The translations under genes were made by a program, and so were the position numbers. A stretch of 64,000 nt of DNA, taken from NCBI RefSeq assembly GCF_028641065.1, contig NC_073401.1, positions 22,320,001 through 22,384,000 of the forward strand. The letters run 5' to 3'. This stretch comes from Leucoraja erinacea (lineage: Eukaryota). Under the pieces are notes generated by a model. The model searched no databases, had not been told where the DNA came from, and worked only from the letters and a program-made list of their open reading frames with translations. Numbering within the stretch: position 1 is the first letter of the stretch; each line of letters starts with the position of its first letter. Positions 1-9,327 of the stretch are shown here, piece by piece.

Positions 1-199
1 ATATTTAAAACTCGCAATCTGTTTAGTGTATATATGCGGGGGGTTCATACAGAACATTATAGATTATTTATTTATAAAGAAGGGACAACTGTGACAACCC
101 TTTTCATTCTGCTGGATGTATGAAGCTTTTTAGAAACACAAGTCTCTAAAATAAGACCTGCGTGTTTCACAGGGGCGAATATTTTGAGGAAGAATCTGG

Positions 200-290
200 C
201 AATTTCTGATTGGCTTCGACGAGCATACCGGTTTGATTGGTTTGGATAATTAAACACACGGTGACATATCGTCATTCCATTTATAAATAG
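200..290 (+). promoter_or_regulatory. Ig light-chain promoter, cluster c1 (two reverse CCAAT boxes, degenerate octamer-like GTTTGGAT at 240-247, TATAAAT at 282-288)
   Basis: Lies ~75-160 nt upstream of the leader ATG. ATTTCTGATTGG and TATA are conserved in c2 and c3, and ATTTCTGATTGG also in c4. Confidence 0.65.
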
Positions 291-363
291 AGCCAGAGAG
301 CAAGATTACACGCCACTTGTCCTGGAAACTGCCGCCCCATCGGAGCTCAGTCGGGTAATGAAC

Positions 364-412
364 ATGTCTTATTGGATCCGTGTGGTCGGTGCGTTGGTGT
401 TTTGCGCAGTTT
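364..412 (+). CDS. IGL: Ig light chain c1 leader exon (MSYWIRVVGALVFCAV)
   Basis: Hydrophobic signal peptide ending in a phase-1 GTGAGT donor at 413. An in-frame upstream ATG exists at 358. Confidence 0.9.
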
Positions 413-533
413 GTGAGTATTTTACTTTCCTGGATATTATACTTATTTCTGTTCACCATTAATTTGGGATTATCTCCCACACTTCAACAAACTTAATATT
501 TTCTCTTTTTTTCTGATATTTCTCCTTTCTCAG

Positions 534-878
534 ACTTAAGCGCGGCTGTTACAGTAACTCAGCCGCCTTCGATGTCCACCTCTACGGGACAGAACATACA
601 AATACCCTGCACCATATCGGGTACCAGTTCAGGCGCTAACTATGTCTCGTGGTACCAACAGATTCCTGGCAAAACTCCCAAGTATCTATTCGGCCATACT
701 ACCGGCGGCAGCATTTATAAAGGCACGGACATTCCAGACCGTTTTTCCATCTCGGTGTCAGGCAGCTCTGTAACATTCGCAATATCTAGCGTTCAATCGG
801 TGGATGCTGCTGACTATTACTGTGCCAAATGGGATAGTGGTTTACATTTCGGTAAAGGAACGAGGCTGGGTATTGGCG
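534..878 (+). CDS. IGL: Ig light chain c1 germline-joined VJ exon (type II/lambda-like)
   Basis: Pyrimidine tract and CAG acceptor at 531-533. Reads VTQPPS..C..WYQQ..DAADYYC-AKWDSGLH-FGKGTRL with no interruption, then a GTAAGT donor at 879. No RSS. Confidence 0.95.
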
Positions 879-1873
879 GTAAGTAAAATATATTCTTCGA
901 ACAGCGCGCTGTTTTCTTTTTATTTTAATGCAGATATTGTTTGATTTAATGTCCTGAGTTCACATGATACGTGATTGGGCCAGTTGTATTTCAGTGCAGA
1001 TGGTGCGATCTTGCTGTACAGATGTTCCGAGTTCACTTGGACATAACTCAGTGAAATGACTGGGAAAGCGAGCTAATGCTTTGTCTTGAGCTTCGTTCAC
1101 TAACTTGCGGAAATATTTGCAGTGATTGTCCAGATATGAAAGGAAATTGCTTGGGTAACGGGGTTCACCAACGTCAATATTCAACACTGTCAAAAATCCG
1201 GTTGACGGGTTGAACAAGGATATCAAAATGCCAAATGCGAAAGGAGAAAGTTTCGCACATTTCCTTCAGAAATTGTGTTTAATACGTAGAGCAGCTTTTC
1301 GTGGACGCAGCCGTGTATTTCACATTTAAATGAACATTCGAACTACAATGTAATTCTTGCTTGTGAACTATATCTGCGAATCGGTGACCGTGGCCTTCGA
1401 AGACTAGTTTCCATATATTTTTGCCGAACATAAATGGCGTCACGCTCCATCTCAATGGGTGCCGACAATTAAATAAGTTTAAATCTGTTATTATAAATGT
1501 CGCGACCGCGAATCGTTTATATCTGCTGATATATTTAAATAAATGTAAACCCGGAAATGTGTAGTAAAATGAACATTATAAAAGTTATAATAATGTATTC
1601 AGTTTTATAAAATACTGCAGCCATGATCTATCACAGATGGTTTCCCGGTGTTTATACAGAGGGTAGACAGGATCTATTTTAGTTGCTTTCACGCACTTTA
1701 TTTATTGTTCACCCAATTAAAATAAACACACTATAATGGTTTGAAAAAGGTCGAGAATAAAACGACATTTCTATAAATGAATAAATGAGTGCTTTAATGA
1801 GATGTATTTTCGGTAAATAATGATATCTCAACGACAGCATTTCTCCAATTAAATGTGACTTCTTATTAAACAG

Positions 1874-2196
1874 ATCCTCGGGCACCGATCGTGACGGTCC
1901 TGCCGCCTTCAGCCGATGAAGTTACCTCAAAGGGCACCGCCACCCTGGTGTGTTTGGTGAACGGCTTTAATCCGGGCTCGGTCGCCGTTGAATGGAGCGT
2001 TGACGGCAGTGCAAAAAATAGCGACGTTGACACCAGCCCGATCCAGCAGGATAAGGACAACACGTTCAGTCTCAGCAGTTACCTGACTCTGACAGCCTCA
2101 GACTGGAACTTACACGACCTTTACTCCTGTGTGGTTAAACACCAGGCTCAGGCAAACCCACTTAAGACAACTATCGAGAGATCCAGCTGTATCTGA
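1874..2196 (+). CDS. IGL: Ig light chain c1 constant exon
   Basis: CAG acceptor; DPRAPIVTVLPPS..ATLVCLV..W..YSCVVKH..RSSCI-stop (C1-set domain with interchain Cys). Splice phase matches the VJ exon. Confidence 0.95.
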
Positions 2197-2461
2197 TGTT
2201 GGAAACGTGAGGCTGACCTGACTAAGTTAGTTTATCATCATTGGGTTCGTTCATGTGACAAAGTTAGTAATGTATTGGACTTCGGTGTTTTCGCTCAGAA
2301 ATGCCATTTGTAGTTGAAACTTCGATTTTTATGACTTGTTCACTTTAAATGTAGTTCTTTCGAAAGAATGTCGTTCTTGAATGAAGCATCAAATAGATTC
2401 AATTGCGTTATCCAACAGCATGGATGTTGTTATTGTACCCATGGTATCTTTGTAGCCGTTG

Positions 2462-2467
2462 AATAAA
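2462..2467 (+). terminator. poly(A) signal of c1
   Basis: AATAAA ~265 nt after the stop; conserved in c2. Confidence 0.65.
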
Positions 2468-3574
2468 GTTTAAAAAACGCATTTCAAATGCATTGTTGAT
2501 TCCCTCAGTTTTATTTGTGACCCGAACCATGATGGCTTAACACGGGTTGTGTTGTCTCGTAGATTTGAGCTAGCAACACTGATTTTGATTCTCTATTTCG
2601 ATCACTAATTACAATCGTACAACAGTCGTGGGCCACTCGTCCATTTATACCACGCGTTCTACAGCGCTTTGTCAGTTCTTGTGCAACATGAATCAGACAA
2701 AGAACCGTACAAACCAAGCAGGGCAAACGTGGTCTTAAACCCCAAAATATCACAGAAATAAACAGAAAATACTATTAATACTCAGTAAGTCGGGCGGTAT
2801 GTGGGAAGTGAGAAATAGATTAGACGTTTCAGGCTGTTTAAAAAAATAAATAAAACAAACGTCCCTACCAGCCTCGTGCGTTCAGGGTTTGTTAAATATG
2901 TCTTTGTTCATAATGTGCCCGGTTACATAATTAAATAAAATACGTGTGCATACGTGGAAATCAGGAAATTTGGAAACGCCATTAATTCCCAACATATCAG
3001 CAGGTTTCTGTAAACTGATGGGTTGTTCGCACCTGCACTTTACACCCCTCGCACTAAGCATGGCACCTCCATCCTTCATCACAGAAGGCCGTGACTTTCA
3101 CACTAATCGGTGACGGGGTTTGTATTTAAATATTTACAATCATTAAACTTTATTTCTTCTTTATTTCTTCTGATTGTCAGCTTTAAAGAAACGGAGTGAT
3201 TATTGGCGTTAGCAGAACTGCCACTGAGTTTGTATGTGGCGTGCACGTGTCTCACGGTGGTATTACACTAGAACTGGGCAACAACACTCTCAATAAAGCA
3301 GGATAATATCTACAGAAAGATGCGATGAGTGCACGGCAGCTTCATATAGACCACGTGCAGAAAGAGAGAGAGAGAGAGGGGAGGGGGGAGAGAGAATAGG
3401 ACGGGGGCGGGGTTAATAGCGAACAATGAGGGAACTATATGCTATAGTTAGAGGACAATCAGTCCCGGACAAACCCCTGACCTCTGTCACAAATCGCTTT
3501 TCACTTATTCCAAGCTTTATTACCAATTATTTTCACGTTACATGAGCAACCTGGGCTTAAGTCTTAATGAATGG

Positions 3575-3795
3575 GAAGGAGCTGCAGATGCTGGTTTAAA
3601 GCAAAGATAAACACAAACATCTGGAGTAACTCAGCGGGTCAGAATGCATCTCTGGAGAAAAGGAATCGGTGACGTTTTGGGGCGAGACCCTTCTTCAGAC
3701 TGTTTGAAGAAGGGTCTCGATCCGAAATGTCACGTATTCATTTTCTCCAGAGATGCTGTCTGACCCACTAAGTTACTCCAGCTTTATGTGCCTTA
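3575..3795. mobile_element. Penelope-derived palindromic non-autonomous repeat
   Basis: GAAGGAGCTGCAGATGCTGG..CTTCTTCAGAC followed by an inverted GAAGAAGGGTCTCG..AGTTACTCCAGC half. Same family as the tail of the Penelope-like element at 62.8 kb. Confidence 0.6.
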
Positions 3796-4229
3796 TTTTT
3801 CTAAATGATCCGGATTGTAGGCATTATTTGCTGATTCTAATAAATCGTCACATATCTGCAATTGCTCACCTGATCGTTAGTTATTTTGGAAATTCCTCTA
3901 AATCTGTAACTTGTAAATACTGAGCATTCTTTCGCTCGGAACAAATTGGTCAATTGAAAAGCCTTGACTATGCACCTCATTCAAATCACCATTATACCTT
4001 CCATGTTCAAAGGAACCAGTTCCGATTACACGAGCTGCCATTATTATGCCCATTTTCTTCCCAATTTCTTCTGCTGCTTCTAATTTTTATGAAGGAGCCA
4101 ACAGCAAAGATTTGAGTCTTCCCATCCTTGCCTTTTCCTTCCGTTCTCCTAGTGTCTTGGTTATCTATTGTGAACTGCACCTTTCCCAGGTGATCGATAT
4201 CGGGTCTCATTTGTTCTGAATCTTTTCAT

Positions 4230-5070
4230 AGAAAAATAGAAACATTGATAATAGGCGCAGAGGAGGCCATTCGGCCCTTCGAGCCAGCACCAACATTCGG
4301 TGTGATCATGGCTGATCGTCCCCAATCAATAACCCGAGCCTTTTCTCTCCCCATATCCCTTGATTCCACTAGCCTCTAGAGCTCTATCTAACTCTCTCTT
4401 AAATCCATCCAGTGATTTGGCCTCCAGTGCCCTCTGTGGCAGGGAGTTCCACAAATTCACAACTCTCTTGGAGAAAAAGTTTTTCTCACCTCTGTCTTAA
4501 ATGGCCTCCCCTTTATTCTAAGACTCTGGCCCCTGGTTCTGGACTTGCCCCGCGTTGGGAACATTTTTCCTGCATCTAGCTTGTCCAGTCCTTTTATAAT
4601 TTTATATGTTTCTAAACTCCAGTGAATACAAGCCTAGTCTTTTCAATCTTTCCTCATAGGACACTCCCGCCATCCCAGGGGTCAATCTCGTTAACCTACG
4701 CTGCACTGCCTCAATCACAAGGATATCCTTCCTCAAATTAGATCGAAACAGCACACAATACTCCAGATGTGGTCTTACCAGAGCTCTATACAACTGCAGA
4801 AGAACCTCTTTACTCCTATACTGAAATCCTCTTGTTATGAAGGCCAACATTCCATTAGCTTTCTTCACTGCCTGCTGTACCTGCACGCCAACTTTCAGTG
4901 ACTGGTGTACAAGGGCGCCCACGTCTCGCTGCACATCCCCTTTACCTAACCTAACCCCATAGAGATAATAATATTTTCCCTTGTTGTTGTCGCCAAAGTG
5001 GATAACCTCACATGTATCTATATTATACTGCACCTGCCACGCATCTGCCCACTCACTCAACCTGCCCAGG
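4230..5070 (-). mobile_element. CR1-type LINE 3' fragment
   Basis: ORF 4602-5060 has CR1 RT C-terminal motifs (LYRALVRPHLEYC, YEERLKRLGLYSLE) and a (CATAGAAA)-type tail. Confidence 0.85.
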
Positions 5071-5940
5071 CAGGGCCGGCCTTAGGGTGTGCGGGGCCCA
5101 ATTGGGAACAATTTTAGTGGGCCCCAGGTTCCCAGCCAAGGTGTGTCAGCCCTGTTATTTAGTATATTTTATGAAATTGTACACTAGGTGCTATGGATTA
5201 TACACGGTGTGAATCTCTCCTGCTCCCTCCCGTTTGACTGTCAGTAGCTCCACTGGCTTCCAACCTTTACCGTAGCAGTTAATTACCATAAAACTGCATT
5301 ATGTGCTTGGACACAATGCCCTTGGAGACAGCGGTTGATTGGACGGGAGGAGACCGAATTGTTGATTGGACGGGAATTGTAAGGCAAGCTGGTTGGTGAT
5401 TGGACGCAACCACTTTAGAGACAGCGATTGATTGGCCACCAAATAATCGGGCACAAATTGACAAATAGGAAAATAATAAAATCGCTGGTTGGTGCGAACT
5501 CAGTAAACTATCTGCGCTGTATCTCCAAACTAAACAGTCTAACATGCAGGTACATTCATTACAATACAATATAGTGATTATTTCACATGATTTCTCACTG
5601 TATCTGATCAATCTCTGTTTAAGATGTTCGGTCTGCCTTCGGCATTGACCCTGAACTAAAAACCTAAACCAGACTCAATTGTATCATCACATTGTTCTCA
5701 GTAAACTCACACATCTCTGCATTCAGGAGGCTGCTGTGGTTGGAATCACTGGCTCTGAGACCAGAGTGGGTAAAGCGACCTGAGATCAATACATAAGATG
5801 ATAGCTCTTCTCAATAAAAAAAAACTGTGACGTTTTTCACTCTAACCATGATGGCTAGAGCTTCATTGCAAGGTGATCTATGACCTCACTAAGTAAATAT
5901 TGTCGTAACGCTCAGTTGAGGTCAAATGAAGAAGATATCA
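5071..5940. mobile_element. Probable hAT-like non-autonomous DNA transposon, one end only
   Basis: Interrupts the CR1 abruptly with CAGGGCCGGCCTTAGG, a typical hAT-like terminus. Internal GATTGGAC repeats. The opposite terminal repeat was not found. Confidence 0.45.
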
Positions 5941-5949
5941 ACCATGTAA

Positions 5950-7470
5950 CCATAACAATTACAGGCCATCTCGGCCCTTCAAGTCCGTGCCGAACACTTA
6001 TTCTCACCTAGTCCCATCTACCTGCACTCAGACCATACCCTCCATCCCTTTCCCGTCCATGAACCTATCCAATTTATTTTTAAATGATAAAATCGAACCT
6101 GCCTCCACCAGTTGCACTGGAAGCTCATTCCACACAGCTACCACTCTCTGAGAAAAGAAGTTCCCCCTCATGTTACCCCTAAACCTCTGTCCCTTAATTC
6201 TCAAGTCATGTCCTCTTGTTTGAATCTTCCCTACTCTCAATGAGGAAATCCTTATCCACGTCAACTCTGTCTACCCCCTCATCATTTTAAAGACCTCTAT
6301 CAAGTCCCCCCTTAACCTTCTGCGCTCCAAAGAATAAAGACCTAACTTGTTCAACCTTTCTCTGTAACTTAGTTGCTGAAACCCAGGCAACATTTTAGTA
6401 AATCTCCTCTGTGCTCTCTCTCTATTTTGTTGACATCGTTCCTATAATTAGGCGACCAAAATTGTGCACCATACTCCAAAATTGCCCTCACCAATGCCTT
6501 GTACAATTTTAACATTACATCCCATCTTCTATACTCAATGCTCTGATGTATAAAGGCCAGCACACCAAAAGCTTTCTTTAACACCCCATTTACATGAGAT
6601 TCCACCTTCAGGGAACTATGCACAGTTATACCTAGATCCCTCTGTTCAACTGCATTCCTCAATTTGCTACCATTTACCATGTACGTCCTACTTTGATTTG
6701 TCCTGTCAAGATGTAGCACCTCACAGTTATCAGCATTAAACTCCATCTGCCATCTTTCAGCCCACTCTTCCAAATGGCCTAAATCTCTCTGTAGACTTTG
6801 AAAAACTACTTCATTATCCACAACACCACCTATCTTAGTATCATGTGCATACTTACTAATCCAATTTATCCAGATCGTTGATGTACATGACAAACAACAG
6901 TGGACCCAACACAGATCCCTGTGGCACCCCACTGGTCACCGGCCTCCAACCTGCCAAACAGCCATCCACCATTACTCTCAGGCATCTCTCATTCAGCCAC
7001 TGTTGAATCCATCTTGCTACTCCACCATTAATACCCAACAATTGAACCTTCTTAACCAACCTTCCATGAGGAACCTTGTCAACGGCCTTACTGAAGTCCA
7101 TATAGACAACATCCACTGCTTTACACTCATCAATTGCCCTAGTAACCTCTTTAAAAAATTCAAGAAGATTAGTCAAACATGACCTTCCAGGCACAAATCC
7201 ATGTTGACTGTTCTTAATCAGACCCTGCTTATCCAGATGCTTATATATATTATCTCTAAGTATCCTTTTCCTTTAATTTGCCCACCACTGACTAACAGGC
7301 CTACAATTGCTAGATTCACTCTTAGAACCCTTTTTAAACAATGGAACAACATGCGCAGTACGCCAATCCTCCGGCGCTATCCCCGTTTCTAATGACATTT
7401 GAAATATTTCTGTCATAGCCCCGGCTATTTCTACACTAACTTCCCTCAATGTCCTAGGGAATATCCTGTC
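5950..7470 (-). mobile_element. CR1-type LINE fragment (frameshifted RT)
   Basis: ORFs with [34 protein letters not shown]. Confidence 0.9.
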
Positions 7471-7741
7471 AGGAAGGACCTTGTTCGGTGGAGCCCATGG
7501 ATGTGTCACTGAAAGCAGTGAAGAAGGCAATCTCCACACTGCTTGTCCCCGCGTTTAATGAAGTGACTTAAATTACTTGAAATAAAAGTTGATTTCTCAT
7601 TGTAACAAATGTCAAACGTTCTTCTGATGAAAGAGAAATCAATACACTTCTTTCTCTAACCTTCCGTAATTCAGTCGACTTTTATTTAAAGTGGAAGATG
7701 CAAACATTGTCACCTCCATCTGGACTTCATCCAGAGTGACT

Positions 7742-8057
7742 GGGGAGTCCAGAACAAGGGGCCAAGTTTAAGAATAAGGGGTCGGCCATTTAGGACTGAG
7801 ATGAGGAAACACCTTTTCACCCAGAGAGTTGTGAATCTGTGCAATTCTCTGCCACAGAAGGCAGTGGTGGACAATTCACTGGATGTTTTCAAGAGAGACT
7901 TAGATTTAGCTCTTAGGGCTAACAGAATCAAGGGATATGGGGAGAAAGCAGGAACGGGGATACTGATTTTAGATGATCAGCCATGATCATATAGAATGGC
8001 GGTGCTGGCTCGAAGGGCCGAATGGCCTACTCCTGCACCTATGTTCTATGTTTCTAT
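7742..8057 (+). mobile_element. CR1-type LINE 3' end
   Basis: FTQRVVNL..NSLPQKAV and a TTCTATGTTTCTATG tail. Confidence 0.8.
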
Positions 8058-8172
8058 GACTGATAGAAATGCATACTCCATTCTTGAAGGTATCTCGTGC
8101 GGGATTTGAAATCCCCGTCGTCATAATGTACCAATAAAGATGCTCTGCTTTCTTTCCATAGATTATCTGCTC

Positions 8173-8512
8173 TAGTTTAGTTTAATTTAGTGATATAGCA
8201 CGGAAACAGGCCCTTCGGTCCACCAAGTCCACACCGACCAGCAATCCCCACACACAAACACTATCCCACACACACCTAGTGACAATTTACATTTGTACCA
8301 AGCCACTTAACCTACAACCTGTACGTCTTTGAAGAGCGGGAGGAAATGGAAGATATCGAAGAAAACCAATGCAGGTCACCGGGAGAACGTATAAACTCCG
8401 GACAGACAGCACCGTCATCTGTTTAGTTTGGTTGAGAGACACAGCGCGGAAACAGGCCCTTCGGCCCACCGAGTCCGCACCGACCCCTGCATACTAACAC
8501 TATCCTGCACAC
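8173..8512 (-). mobile_element. SINE copies (V-SINE/HE1-like with LINE-derived tail), one larger plus one partial
   Basis: (AGTTT)n tail and CGGAAACAGGCCCTTCGG body, present twice. Related copies at ~38070-38270 and ~55270-55420. Confidence 0.55.
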
Positions 8513-8767
8513 AATTCTTCAGACTGAGTCAAGGGAGAGGGAAACTAGAGGCATGAAAAGATACAGAACAAACCCCAGAACAGAATGATCTGTTCTGCAC
8601 CTTTTCTCACCTCTAGTTTTCCTAATAATATGGAAACCTTTGAACCGGGAAGGAACCGCAGATGCAGCCGTCACCGCAAAACGTCGATGATTCCGGGAAT
8701 GCCTAGGCGACAAGGTGAGAGAGAGGGTGTGAGAGACCGTGAGAGAGCGCGAGAGAGACGAAATGGG

Positions 8768-8770
<3 letters not shown>

Positions 8771-8812
<42 letters not shown>
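8771..8812 (+). repeat. (GA)n microsatellite, 5' flank of the Tx1 insertion
   Basis: ~21 GA units; the repeat resumes after the element's poly(A) at 15560-15586. Confidence 0.95.
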
Positions 8813-8814
<2 letters not shown>

Positions 8815-9327
8815 CTGTGTCTTTCTCAGCTCCAGTGGCTGAGAGGTATTAAGTGGCCTTTCAAGGTTTTTTGGTGGAAGGAGAACGAACAGAGGCAGAG
8901 GGGCTTCATAGTTTAACTTATTGTTGGACCGTTGAAACTTTCCTGTGCTTTAAAAATGCCTCCACAAGTGTGAAAAGCCCTGAGATTTCTCTACATTGTC
9001 GAGGGAGCGGCTGCCATTGGCGGACTGCCAAGAGTGCCTGGAGAGCGAGGGTATGAAGTTTTCGGTGTCTTTGTCGTGTTTTTGGCACTGTTTCTCTGCC
9101 CTAAAGTCATTTTGCACAGTGCGGCTGCCTGGCTTAATGTGAAGAAGGTGCTTTTGCGTTCGGCAAGACAAGGCGAGGTGTTCTCGGCAGTGGATTGAAC
9201 TTGGAGACTTTCCTACTTTCAGCTGGAGGACTTTGCTTTTTGAGGATTGCTTTGGACTGTGACTGTCCCTGGGAATTGATTTGCTGAGCTGCTGGAGTGC
9301 CGGGAGCTGGTTTGTGCCTCTGCCCGG

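Noticed and set aside
2882-3082. 66-aa ORF repeated at 18402-18602, and the 67-aa ORF at 72-275 repeated at 36994-37197
   Set aside because: Conservation only reflects recent duplication of non-coding flank; no homology or splice support.
8640-8770. Possible snRNA/scaRNA gene as the Tx1 target
   Set aside because: No recognisable U2, 5S or tRNA sequence in either flank; only the (GA)n tract is supported.
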